NCBI RefSeq assembly: GCF_000143415.4
Contig: NW_003314282.1
Coordinates: 97,700-161,699, forward strand
Source of the DNA: Selaginella moellendorffii
Taxonomy: Eukaryota > Plantae > Lycopodiophyta
Reading direction: 5' to 3'
DNA length: 64,000 nucleotides
This document shows positions 25,745-38,352 of this stretch, in pieces (positions within the stretch are counted from its first letter, which is position 1; each line of letters begins with the position of its first letter). A model generated the notes under the pieces. That model was not told the DNA's origin. It worked only from the letters and a program-made list of their open reading frames with translations, and ran no database searches. Made by a program: the position numbers and the translations under genes.

Positions 25745-26330
25745 TGGTGTTGGAGTTTTTGCTCCACAAACTGCACTTCCCACCTTCAAAGACGTGGAAG
25801 TGACTCAGAGTCCCTGCAAATGATATGTCTCTGCTCGATCACTAAGATAACAGCAGTTGCTTGGTGGTATCATCACAAACTCTCAAGTTCTTTACAATCT
25901 GAATGACTGCACCTGGAGCGGTATTGATGAGTGCACAAGTATGGCTAGCCTCTCTCTGTGCTCGCACAAAGCCTCCTCTTTCTACCAGTTTGGGATGTTG
26001 CAAGAAGTACTACTTAGCTGAGCAATCTAGCCTCCTTCATTTGTGCCAGTAGTTGCTTGATTCCCACAGCTTCGTGTTGCGCATGTGACCAATCTACTGT
26101 TCTGAACCTGTGTACCACACCATGATGATCTGTCCAGCAGCTCCACCAGGCTCCTTCCAAGGCTCACAAGCTGCTTCATGGACAAGATTTTGGCTTGCTC
26201 TTCCCATATACCGACTCTTCCGTATTATACTTGCCATGGTGAGATAAGTGGATGGTAGAGATCAGTCAGGATCACTGACGTGGCATTAACTTGGAACACA
26301 GGCCTGGGAGCCTGTCAAAAGTGGGAAAAT
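25745..26330 (-). pseudogene. PPR E/DYW-domain pseudogene fragment (copy of the 3' end of 35236-37934)
   Basis: Matches 35240-35850 (CEHRERLAI, IVKNLRVCDD, FHVFEGGKCS) with stops and deletions. Confidence 0.8.
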
Positions 26331-27249
26331 GTGGAGTTTGGGAGGCTGGCATTCAATACAAGCTATATAACGATGTAATCGACACACTATGAAGTTAACT
26401 GTGCTGAGACTGCACAAGAGCCACTACATTGGGCACCCACTCCATAAGGGCGTTAAATGCCATAACCGCTCTTCAGAGTGCTTGTGCTTGTCTACGTTTC
26501 CAGTGAACTGCACCCCAAGTCTACCTTTCATATCCCTCTAGATGATCACAGTGTCCACTTGGCCATAGTTGAACTGGATCGAAATGTACATATACCTTTC
26601 ACCCGTGAGCAGTTCATGCAAAGGAATGTTGGTTGGAATGCTGCAAAACGACTAGGGTACCTTGTTAACAATAAAGTTGTCCGAGATTCGCATGCCATGT
26701 CTAGATATCACATCGTCGCACAACTGCTCACATAGCTGATTACTGTGCTCTTCCAGGGAAGAACTCCAAGCCTTTCAAAACACCTCTACGTAAATCTACT
26801 CCACGAAAGGTGAGCAGAACTCGTCTTCTGACCGTGAGAACCTGGAATTGATCATTTCCTCTAGCAGGTGGAAGTTGCAAGTTATATCCTGCTTCAGCCT
26901 ATGAACAAACTTTTCCGCCAAATTTCGGATGAAAGACATTGTATGTCCAATAATGAAGCTCTCAACTGTCTTAACTAAAGAAATGTACAAGATAACCTAA
27001 AAGTCTAAAAATTTATTTCCATACATGAGCATTTAGCATTGTGAACACAGAAAGATTGGGTGTAGGACTATGTTGATCAGAAAGAGTTCTGCCCGTGACA
27101 AAGGAGTGTCACAATGAGGAAGAAGAGAAACGTGTGTGACTAGATTGTGGTTTGAGATTGGTGTTTTTTTTGTGGTATGCAAGGCATTCAAACACATTTG
27201 ACTTTGTTCAAGTTTGCTATTCACAACCCTGATAGGTATATGGGATGGA

Positions 27250-28310
27250 TCAAACATCTACTTGGTGATCAGCTTGGTGGATATGTTCATCAAATACAGG
27301 AGCATGATCAATGCCTCAACAGGATGGCTTGTCACAACAAACTGTGCTAGTTCTTGGGTATGTTGAAATTGGAAAGAATGATATAGCTTCAGAGGTTTTC
27401 ATGAGGATTGCTGCTCCAGATGCTTTGAGCTTTGTTGCGGCACTTGTTGCTTGCATGAACTTGGCTATGGCTGTTACCGTTTTTGGAAATGGGAATGGCA
27501 CTTCACTCCTGAGCTCTACAAGCTGGTTACGACAAATCCATTGTTTCATTGGCGTGCCAAGTGCTCTAAGTTGTGTGGTGTATCAGTTTAGTTCCAACAG
27601 ATAACAGAGAGGAGGAACTGGTATTCTGATGGATGATCCAGCAGCACCAGCAGTGTCTACCAGACTCTCAGACACTGGTGGTTTCAATAGAATAGGGCTT
27701 AAAAGTCGATGGAAAGTTGTGAAGCTAAAGAAGCTATGGGGATCCACTCTCAGGCTTCACAAACTGGACAGGACAAACAAGTTTATGTCGAGAGCAGTAT
27801 TATCAACCTCTACGCGAAGTGTGGGAGCATGGTAGACGCGAGCTTGGCTTTCTACAGGATGGAAACTTGGGATGTAGTGTCCTAGACACCACTGATACTG
27901 GGATACGGAGAAAGCGGGGAAGGCGAACTAGGTCTAGAACTCTTCTGAAGTTCTGGCAAATGCAAGCTCAAGGAAGTTGCCCCAACGGACTTACGTTGCT
28001 GTGCTGAGAGCATGTGTGCGGATCGAGATTAGAATGTGACACAGGTTGAGCTGGTGAAGGTCACGAGATTGGAAAGGCATTTGCTCTTCACTGTCAAGCT
28101 GCCAGGGATGGCTTCCTGGGCAACATATTCGTGCCGACTAGTCTGGTGACCGTCGACATATTCTTGAGAATGAGAGCTCAAGAGGGCTGCAAGGCAAGCA
28201 ACTCCCGAGCTTTTGTAGCGGCTTTAATAGCATGTGGGAGTCTGGTGGCACTTGAGCTTGGTAAAAGAGTTCATGGTGAAGTCCTTCGGCTTGGACTCGA
28301 GACAGATACT
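27250..28310 (+). pseudogene. PPR-repeat pseudogene fragment (5' part of the same PPR gene, opposite orientation)
   Basis: LVLGYVEIGKN..RIAAPDALSFVAALVAC and FVAALIACGSLVALELGKRVHGEVLRLGLETD match 36260-37630. Frameshifted. Confidence 0.82.
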
Positions 28311-28314
28311 AGCC

Positions 28315-29010
28315 ATGAGACCTCAAAGCTTGCTGATGTAGGTCGTGACAGAGTCTTTTATGTCCATGCGCATGTTCAGAAATTTCTGGGTAAGGGTCAC
28401 TTTAGCATTCTCAGCCTTGGCCGAGAAAACAGCGAGACGAGCATCCCAGTTTGCTGCGATTGCCACTCTCTCATGTAAGTTGAAGTGCGAGGTCCATAGG
28501 TTTAGGATATCACGATACCTCTGTTCCATCCACGATACCCCAGCAGTCCTTAGCAAGGAGAATGAGTTGGACTTTGGCTCACCATGTCGCGAAGTTTGTT
28601 CCCGTGAGTTTGTTAAGCATCTTCTCCCAACCGTCTCAGTTTTCAGGAGATGAGCCTAGATTTGCAGGAGGTGGGGTATTAGAGGAAGACCCAGCCATTG
28701 TTAGAATCTAGAAGAAATTTAGTAACGAGGTGGTGGTGAAAACTGGTCTTTCCTAGGGGCAGGTCCTAGAGTAGCGGGGCAATGCTGCATCTCATCCTGC
28801 CTCTTGCGCTCCTGGATCCGGTGTGCTCTCGCAAGTGTTGCGAGTGCTTGTGTCGTTTCCTCCTCATCTCCCAGTGGTCGTCTGCACCAGTTGGGATTGG
28901 CCATTGGATCGTTTTCAACCTGATACCATGTAAGAATTTTTGATGCTGCAGCAGCTGTAGCTATTCTTGGACTTTGTGTTTGTGTGTTGTACATTGAGTT
29001 CAACTTCGAC
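28315..29010 (-). mobile_element. Ty1/copia 5' remnant (LTR end, PBS, gag)
   Basis: Minus strand ...CTTACA then TGGTATCAG (initiator-Met PBS) at ~28920-28928. gag N-terminus LNKLTGTNFATW*AKVQLILLAKDCWGIVDG and LTQKFLNMRM..DSVTTYISKL. Confidence 0.7.
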
Positions 29011-30697
29011 ACCCCGTTGCATGTTGTTGGCTTTGATGATGCGCTGCTTGGCAAAACAAATGACAAGGTGATCCAGATTCTCAAGACCATGACTCAGTGT
29101 TGAGGAAGTCTTTGCTACTACTCCTGGTGTACCGTCGCTTGCTCCTGTGCCTGAAGTTGGTCAAAGTAGAGGTGGTGCGCCTTCACAGCTGAACCATATG
29201 AGGCACTTGAATCTGGATGTCTATGGCATGCATGCTAAGCTTGATGTTCATTTCTTCAAACGGAAGGAGGAATCATGAAGGATGATCAAATTAATGTAGA
29301 GGAGCGGGTAGATAGTGATTTTTAGTCTTTTTTCTTCCTGAACAATATATAATCAATGCCTTTTTCTTCTGCCTATTGCTTTCACGTCTGCTTTTTCTAT
29401 GTTGAGCCTTAAAATGGCTTATGTGATAGCAAGATAAAGAAATTTCTCCGCGCAGTGCTTCACGCAACTCCTCCTGCTTCGCGTCTTGTGGAACGATCCC
29501 CATTCAGAGACATTTTACCTAGCTACCATTCTGTGCATGAGAACCTATTTTTCTATTCAGATAGATAAGTAGACACTGCCTCTTCGCAATTAAAGCTAGA
29601 TTTGCAAGCCAGTGCCCAGAGCGAAATTAACTGAACTTTGTAATCTTCTCCCCGTCTAAACAGTGACAAGAATTGTGCCTCAGTTCCTGCATCCTTAGAG
29701 CTCGCGCACGCGCCACCGAATAAACATTGGACCACCTCGAGGCGCGAAAGCCTGCAACAACCAGATCGCTCAAATTCCTTTTTATGCATGCCATTAATAA
29801 GGCTGATTGCTTGTTGAAAAATGTGGCTTTAGAGCAAGTATTTGGGCTAAAAGGTCCGTTCATTCATTAACTGTTTATAGGCACCACGAGGACAGAGGGA
29901 GAGAAAGTCACTTCACTTAATCTTTGGGCGAGGAAGCTTTTCTGCATGTCCATTATGCAGGCATGGTCTCGCAACGCGGAAACATTCGTTTGGATTGTTT
30001 TTATTCATACTTAGATATGTTTCTGTATTGCAGTTAGGGACTACCAAGGATAAAAGAGACATCCAGCATGTGCTGGGGCATTGGCACGATGATCTTCTTG
30101 ATGATACCATTAAATAGGTACTCTATGTGACTTTCCTATGATCACAATTGATGTCATTGTTATATCGGAGAACTCTATTTGTCCATTCATGACAAAAAAT
30201 GGCTTCATGGAGGCTTGAAAGTCAAAGTAATGGGCCCTTTGTGAAGTTTCTATGATAAGAGCGTGCGCAAGTCGGGGGTTTTGGCACAAAGCGGAGCAAC
30301 CACACATGAATAGACTGACTTTTGCCACTGGATGGCAAAATTCTGGTACTTGGTGTTGGTATCTTCTTCTTTTGAGAACAGAGCATGGCGGAGTTAAAGG
30401 TTGCAGTTATCAAGAGAAACACTTGGGAGATAGTGATGGAAAAGTAATCTCCCATGCTAATTATTTGATATTATGCTTGCTCTGGCCAACTTTTCGACTC
30501 CATAACTACCAAGAATCTCCTGCGCTCTTGGCTTCAAAAAGGAGACTCCAATCGTGATGAGCTTGATGGGAGACGGAGGACGATATAACTTCCCTCTCAG
30601 TTCTAGCTTGCTCCGATCGATCGAGAGCATTACCACTCACTGCATGATCGATGTGCAATAGCCATGGTGAAGAGAATGCCGTATCGAGCCACTCCAA

Positions 30698-32689
30698 TCA
30701 CGTGTTCCAGGAACACGCTGCTGGCGACCTTGTAACTCCTGGTAGTGTCGTGAAGGGACTCCCCGAGACGATGAAAGCTGCCCAGTGGCTCACGTCGTAA
30801 AGCTTCTGGCTACCATCGTTGGCCTCGATCATCTCCACGACAGCCTCCCTGAGAGCACTCGCAATATCCATTCCTTGGACCAGATTCCAGTATATCTTCT
30901 TCATGAGCACCTGAGTGGACTTGTCTTTCACGTTCCAGAGTGATATCACCACGGACGGAACTCCAGATATGTGAAACGACCTTGGCAGCGCCAGGATTCC
31001 TTCGGCAAACACTCTCCCAACTCCTGAGCTGCAGGCACTGAGAACCGCCGCTGATGCTCGGAACGGACTTTCACCTGCAAGCTCTACGACTTCGTCCCCT
31101 GTAAGCCTGTGCGAGTTCGACACTGTTGTGAGAGCTCTCGTGAGGCACTCCTCAAACTCCACAGATCTGTCGAGGCGAGCTGACTTTGCAAGGTCGTCTT
31201 GATGCTCTTCTGGCACTGCCAAAATCAGAGCTCCATCTGGAAAGTCCGTGCTAACTGTGCCGTGGCTCGCGATGTGAATCCAGTCACTCTCGGGAAGCTG
31301 CCGCAGCACAAATTCCTTTGTTGCATCATCTTCTCGGACCAAGTTGACGACACTGTGCGCGTTGGCACTCTTTAGAAGGGATCCCACCATCTCTGCCTCC
31401 TCGGTGGCATAGTATAGATCTCTGGTGGGGTTCCCTACGATCAGCGAACGAGATTGCCGTTGCTGCTGCTGCTGCTGCAGGACCTGTCTTCTCTTGTCGC
31501 AATGCTTCAAGAGTCTTAACGAGGAAACAGTCGCTAGAGCATACCTCTCGATCAAGTATTTGTCGTCCTCATCGATCATGGCACCAAATGGCACAAAGGA
31601 AACATCCTGTAATCGCGGGTTTTCACAGTTTGCAAGCAAAAGAACAAGAAACTAGTGCTCACCTCATTTGGAACTATAACCAGTGTCTTCGGTTGAATGC
31701 TTTCCAGTTGTGACTCAAAAGGCTTGACAATAATATGGTAGTAATCCCTGAGAGCCTTGTCTGCATTGTTAGCTTGCAGGAGCTCCAATAACGCCGACGG
31801 TGAACAAGCCTTGAAGTCCCATTCTCGGTTATGCCCGACGAGCTCGCCATTGTGCAACAGGTAGGAAGCCACTCCGTAGGATATCACCCTGCCGTCGCTT
31901 ACAGATAATCCACCGATGTGAGATATGACCAAGATGACTGTGTCAATTCCGACGTCTTTGGAAATGACTTCGACTTGCCCCCATGCTTTCTCGTCGTCCA
32001 TGTCGAACTCGTCGAGCTTCTCGTGGTCACCTTCGGTCGTGGCCAAGAACAGCATGTCCCTTGCATGACCCCTCTCAAACCAGAGCAATGCCCGCTTGAA
32101 ATCGCTCAAAGCGCATAGGGAACTCTGGACCTGATCGAAGTTGTACTTGATGGACTCTAAGTTTGTGATCCTTCCTGTGCTCAAGTAGCCAAAGTTTGAA
32201 TTCACTCGCAGCCAACACCTGACCCAAAACAATGATCAAAACAGGGAAGAAAAACGATACAAAAGTGACCAACCTGATCATCTCTTCGTACTTTCGGACG
32301 GATTCAACGTCGAAGCCCATCTTCCACAGCAGATAACCATGGTGCCAAAGACGTAGAGGGACGATGGTACGTCGAAGGTAAGTACACTCTGCTAGTCGAA
32401 TCGACTCTGCCATAAATTCGTTCACCAGCAGAAGGGGGGGATCTCCCGATGGCAATCTGTCATAGTATGCCCACGATAAGTCAGCCATCTTCATCCACAC
32501 TTCAGATCGAAAAATTTGCAAAGCAGGTAGCTCATGATCTCTGTCCAGGGCCAAAGTCTGCAGCAGCTGACAAATTTGTGATTCCTGTTCCTCAGGATCC
32601 TCTTCTTTTCGAAGCTTATCCAGGCTGTTGCCTATTTCTTCTACTTCCGCACTTAGCTTATCATGGAGCCTGATGCCACTCCTTGCCAT
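30698..32689 (-). CDS. CHAT-domain (caspase-like, clan CD) protease, C-terminal half-gene, 3 exons
   Basis: ATG 32689 (MARSGIRLHD), introns 32219-32273 and ~31608-31663. LVIVP..VPFGAM, LIVGNP, WIHIASHG (His), AVLSACSSG (Cys), VVISLWNVKD, HWAAF. No stops seen. Confidence 0.88.
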
Positions 32690-32966
32690 CCAGCGTGATC
32701 TCAAAGCTCAGTGCACTCACAAAGCCGCGGCGAACGAGAAGTCCTGCAGTCATGTCAAACCATTTTGAGGAGAAAAGCAAATTCCTCACTTGCTTAGAAG
32801 CTCCATGTTCCAGGGAAGACTTTTGTTTCGTCTTGAAATATATTGTGGGCTTGAAACGCGCACCGGAGATCGTGAAGTTGTCGGTGCTCTTGCTATTTGA
32901 CCATCATATCGCTTCAAAGTCCAGGAACTCCTTTTCCTGCAGAACAGCTGTAAGCATTTGAAAGAA

Positions 32967-34784
32967 ATGGAGAAGTGTTCGGCCTCTTACTTGGCAGGCG
33001 CTGTCCGTTTGCTGGACGAATTGTTCGAGAGCAAGCAGGATCTCAAGCCTGCCGCAAAGAGCTTTGCGGAATGCCATTGGATCTGTCTGCGGGAGAGAGA
33101 TGTTGATGGACTTCAATGGAGTATCAGACTCCTCCAAGGCATCATCAACCATTTCACGGAGAAAGAGTTGGAGCCGGATAATCTGTATGCGTTTCTGCTG
33201 GAATGCTTTGAAAGCACTGCTGACAAAGATGAAGGTAAGCAGCACCAGGAGTCGGAGTCTCCACGAGCACTGGCAGAGTTTCATGTGGCAAGTCGTCATC
33301 TTAGTGCCACTTGGTTCATCTCTTGCCTCGACATTGCGACTTCCGATCTACTAAGGTACCATGCTGGGATGGGACTCGGATCGGTGATTCAACAGCAAGA
33401 GCGAAATGGTGAAGACTGCCGCGACGCTCTGAAATGGTTCCAAGTTAGTAAGTTCATTGCCGAAAGCCTGGAGCCGGCATACATAGAATACAAGGCTTTT
33501 GCTTCATACCAGATCGCGAAGACTTTGGTGCAGCTTGGCGAGATAGAAGACGCTCAAACTCTCTGCCTGGAAGTGTCTACCGAAGAATCTGTGCTCTCAG
33601 CAGCTCTGCTTGACATGGTCAACGCAATAATCAAGCATAAAGAAGGCGAACCTCGAGAGGAAGTTGTCGCTGCATACGCGGCTGCTAGAAGAAAGCTTGT
33701 AAAGCTGATGGTGAATGTCAAACTTAAGCTTGACGAGAAGCTAGGATCGAGGTGCTGCTCCCAACGGTGTATCTTGAACTACACTAGATATCGGAGGTTC
33801 GCACAGTTTTACATGCTCATGCTGCCAAAAGAAGAGAAAGTACCTGGTATACCACTCAAGGCCTGCTTGGTTGCTTATGATCTGTACCGAGAAGCAAGAC
33901 TGGAGATAGTCAAGCTCCAAGAAGGCTGGAGCGATGCTGAAGATGCCAGGTCCTACGTTGAAGAAGGAATCGAGGTCATGTACCAGGACGCCGCCCATGT
34001 TTCTGTCACCGCCATTGACTCTCTAGTGCTCGCTCACCAGATCGCTGTGAAGATGGATGATATGGACAGTCTCTGGGCGGCCGGGACGTTCCTCGACGAG
34101 TATATCGGCCGAGAAACGAAAGGTGACACGCCAGGAATGATCTCTCGCATGGTTGCGTGCTTCCGGAAGCACTCCAGAGACGATGAGGACCAAGAGGCGT
34201 GGACGAAATACTACGTGGGAAGAGTGGGATCAACGGACGGTAAAGTCTCGGATGAGCAGTACGAGTTCCTGAAGGAGTCCCTGGAAAGAGCAACAACACC
34301 CCTGTTAAGCTACTTTGTGGCATATGCACTGGCCAATGCGTCATACGAAGCAAGGACCATTCACGAGTACCTGGAGAGATCCAAGAAGTGTGCCCTCCAA
34401 ACCGGAAAGGAGGAGCTTATAATAAACGCGATGATGGAGCAGTTCAATTCACTCCGAGAGAACCAGATGTTCCAAAAGGCGCACGAAATCCAAACAGAGA
34501 TGAAAAAAATAAGCCGCGCTTTTGCGTACCAAAAACTCGGACAGGCCGCGGCAGAGTACATGGAAGGGTCTCTCAGGATAGCCTGGGGAGAATTCCCCAG
34601 AAAGACATCCCTGCATTTCGAGAGAGCAATCAATCTCTTGGAGTCCCTGGAGACACCATATCCTTTTTCGCTCAAGGCCTACCTCGAGAGCAGCCACGGT
34701 GCGGGAGAGCTTACGTACTATGGAAGATCGTCCGTGTACCTTATCTCCGGTAATGCTTCCATCATGCGTAGCATTTGCAGCTAG
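32967..34784 (+). CDS. Alpha-helical (TPR-like) protein equal to the N-terminal half of the fused CHAT genes, intronless, 605 aa
   Basis: Uninterrupted ORF homologous along its length to residues 1-~590 of 44784-48549 and 56826-60623. Own stop codon. Confidence 0.82.
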   Translation: MEKCSASYLAGAVRLLDELFESKQDLKPAAKSFAECHWICLRERDVDGLQWSIRLLQGIINHFTEKELEPDNLYAFLLECFESTADKDEGKQHQESESPRALAEFHVASRHLSATWFISCLDIATSDLLRYHAGMGLGSVIQQQERNGEDCRDALKWFQVSKFIAESLEPAYIEYKAFASYQIAKTLVQLGEIEDAQTLCLEVSTEESVLSAALLDMVNAIIKHKEGEPREEVVAAYAAARRKLVKLMVNVKLKLDEKLGSRCCSQRCILNYTRYRRFAQFYMLMLPKEEKVPGIPLKACLVAYDLYREARLEIVKLQEGWSDAEDARSYVEEGIEVMYQDAAHVSVTAIDSLVLAHQIAVKMDDMDSLWAAGTFLDEYIGRETKGDTPGMISRMVACFRKHSRDDEDQEAWTKYYVGRVGSTDGKVSDEQYEFLKESLERATTPLLSYFVAYALANASYEARTIHEYLERSKKCALQTGKEELIINAMMEQFNSLRENQMFQKAHEIQTEMKKISRAFAYQKLGQAAAEYMEGSLRIAWGEFPRKTSLHFERAINLLESLETPYPFSLKAYLESSHGAGELTYYGRSSVYLISGNASIMRSICS

Positions 34785-35235
34785 TGGAGTGGACGAACGC
34801 CATCACCTGCAAAGAACCATAAGCTACGCTCTGGATTGAACTTAACAACTTTTTGGAAAGCTGAGCGATAAACTGTGAACAAAAATTAGAAAATAAAAGA
34901 TACAAACAGCTTACGCCTTGAAATCCATCTTCCACAGCAAAAAATCCTCGCAACTGAAGCCTCCAATCGACACATTATTACCAAGGAGCCATGCAACCAA
35001 AAAAAACTTACGAGAACTTGCGGACTCTTCATGAAGAAGGAAATTGTTCCCCTTAGTTTTCCCTGGGAAACTTTCTAGCTTTACCATGTACTTGGTCTTG
35101 CAAACCTCAATTTCAATGCCTGCCATGGATCCAAAAGTGAGAAACTAAAAGCCAGAGACGTCACAAAATACCTTGGAAAGCGATGGCTTTGATCGCCACC
35201 TCCTCGTATTACTCCACGGACGTAGATAACAAGGA

Positions 35236-37934
35236 TCACCAAAAGTCCCCACAACTGCACTTCCCACCTTCAAAGACGTGGAAGCGACTCGAGTCCCTGC
35301 AGATGATACGTCTCCGCTCGATCGCCGAGATAACAGCAGTCGCTTGGTGGCAGTCGTCACAAACTCTCAAGTTCTTTACGATCCGAATGACTGCACCTGG
35401 AGCGGTATTGATGAGTGCACAAGCAATGGCTAGCCTCTCGCTGTGCTCGCACAAAGCCTCCTCTTTCTGACAGTCCGAGACGTTACAGGAAATACTGCTT
35501 AGCTGGGCAACATAGCCTCCTTCCTTCATTCGAACCAGTAGTTGCTTGAGCTTGATTCCAACAGCTTCACTTTGAGCGTGCGAGCAATCTCCAGCTCTGA
35601 ACCTGTGTACCACACCATGATGATCCGTCCAGCAGCTCACACCAGGCTCCTTCCAAGGCCTCGCGAGCCGCTTCATGGACAAGATTTTGGCTTGCTCTTC
35701 CCACATACCAACGCTTCCGTAGATGCTTGCCATGGTGAGATAAGTGGACGCTTGCTTCTCGTTGAGCTCCACCAGTGTATTGAATGCCAGCCTCCCAAGC
35801 TCCACATTTTTCCACTTCCGACAGGCTCCCAGGACAGCGTTCCAAGTTACCACGTTCGGCTTATAAGGCATGGACTTCACCAGCAGTACTGCTTCGTCAA
35901 GATAATTTGCCCGGCCTAGAAGATCGACCATGCAGTCGTAGTGCTGAGCTAAAGGCTTGGTCTCCTGTGAAGAGAGGATCTCCTGGAAGTACCTCTTTCC
36001 TCGTTCTACAAGACCAGCGTGACTGCAAGCAGTGAGAAGTGCGAGGAAGGTGATACCATCTGCGCGGTGTCCTTCGTTCTTGAGCATTTCAAACAGTGAA
36101 AATACCATGTCGGTCTTACCGCGACGACTGTAGCCACACATCAACGCACTCCAAGTCACCAAGTTCCTGCTGCTGCTACTGATGGACTCGAACACTCGAT
36201 GAGCACTGGCCATGCTAGCGCACCTCGAGTAGAAATCCACCAAGCAATTGGCAACGTAAGTGTCTGTCTCGAGTCCAAGCCGAAGGACTTCGCCATGAAC
36301 TACTTTCCCAAGCTCAAGTGCCACCAGACTCCCACATGCTATCAAAGCCGCTACGAAAGCTCGGGAGTCGCTTGCCTCGCAGCCGTCTTGAGCTCTCATT
36401 CTCGAGAATATGTCGAGGGCCACCTCGGCATCACCATTCTCGGCGTAGCCCAGGATCAATGCATTCCAGGACACAGGACTGTGATACTGCATCCTGTCAA
36501 ACACCATGCGAGCGTCCAGAAGGCTTCCACACTTTGCATAGACGTCCACCAGACTAGTCGCCACGAATACGTTGTCCAGGAAGCCGTCCCTGGCAGCTTG
36601 GCAGTGAAGAGGAAATGCCTTTTCCAAGCTCGTGACCTTCACCAGCTTTCCATCAACCTGTGTCACATTCTCGTCTCGGTCCGCACAATCCCCGCATGCT
36701 CTCAGCACAGAAACGTAAGTCCGAGCGTCGGGATAACACCCTTGAGCTTGCATCTGCCGAAAGAGTTCTAGACCGAGTTCGCCTTCCCCGCTTTCCCCGT
36801 ATCCCAGTATCAGTGATGTCCAGGACACTACATCCCGAGTTTCCATCCTGTAGAAAGCCAAGATCGCGTCTACCATGCTCCCACACTTCGCGTAGAGGTT
36901 GATAATACTGCTCGCAACATAAACTTGTTTGTCCTGTCCAGCTCGTACAGCCTGAGAGTGGATCGCCATAGCTTGCTCCATTCCCTTGAGCTTGACCAAC
37001 TTCCCATCGACTTTAACACCGTCTTCTTTTGAAACCAAGCTGGTGCAAGCTGTAAGAGCAGCAACAAGTGTCCGAGAGTCCGGTAGACAATGCTGGTGCT
37101 GCTGGACCATCCACCAGAATAGTTCCAATCCCAGTTCCTCCTCTCCGTTCTCAACATATCCAGCTATCAATGCGTTCCAAGACACCACAGTGTGCTGCGG
37201 AGCCCGATCAAAAACCATCCTTGCGTCGACCAAGCTTCCACACTTGGCATACATGCTGATGAGTGTATTCGCCAGCGAAACAATGGATTCGTCGTAACCA
37301 GCTTGGAGAGCACGGGAGTGAAGTGCCATTCCCGTTTCCAAGAACTGGAGCTTGTCTTGGTTGAGCTGGTGACCGTCGTCCGAAGCAGCCGTAGCCAAGT
37401 TCGCGCAAGCAACCAGCGCCGCAACAAAGCTCAAAGCATCTGGAGCAGCAATTCTCGTGAAAACCTCCAAAGCCACAGCATTCTTCCCAATTTCCACATA
37501 CCCAAGAACTAGCGCTGTCCACGAGACGACGTTCTGACAAGGCATCCGGTCGAAGACGGCACAGGCATCGATCATGCTCCTGCATTTGGCGAACATATCC
37601 ACCAGGCTGGTCGCCAAGTAGATGTTCGATCCATCACACGCCTGTGTGTGGATTTTCCTGGCGATCTCGAGATCTCTGGAGCAGCTGCACGCCTTAGATG
37701 CGACCAGCAGCTCCGGAATCCCAGGTGCGTTCTGCAATGCGTGATTATCCCCATCCCTAGCGGCCTCATTGCCGGAGTACTTGAGGAACGATCTCAGCCT
37801 CGAGAGAGCGTACCACTGGACAGAAAAGCGACAGATCAAGAGCGCAGAGCACAGATTTCACTCACATCGTATCGCTGGATCCAAAATTCCGCCCCGAATC
37901 GCGTTGCTGTCGCCGAGCATTTCAGCCAAACCAT
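35236..37934 (-). CDS. PLS-class PPR protein with E and DYW deaminase domain (organellar RNA-editing factor)
   Basis: Repeated VVSW.ALI.GY.ENG and L..MYAKCGS motifs, PG box KEPGVSCW, HSERLA and CDDCH zinc ligands, ends CSCGDFW. Probable short first exon (ATG 37934, intron ~37818-37865). Confidence 0.93.
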
Positions 37935-38352
37935 TCACTTCCATGTGCCCTAAGATTTATGTCCCAAGAGCCCTAATGTTTCAAATTTATTTCCCGCCAG
38001 CTTAACTCCACGTGGCAAAATCTTGGCCGCAGGGAATTTTTGGAGCGGCATGCAAGCATATTCCTCGAAAATTTTAATAGTCGTTTTTTATTTTCTGGAC
38101 AGCTAGGTACGATCGTAGAGAACTCAAAACTTTCTCACAGGGCGGCTATGGGACGAGGCGTGAATCCATGATCGCTGCGTGCGCGGAGCTCCAATCCATC
38201 CTGGCGCGATAGATTCGAGGCAAGGAAAGGGAGAATCGGTCAGCATTCGAGCAGGGAAGGGTTTTAGGACGCCATGGATTGGATCTATCCACCGAGATCC
38301 AGACGCTGGTGAATCGATCAGGATGTAGCGAGCAAGCGATCGTCGGTCAGCT

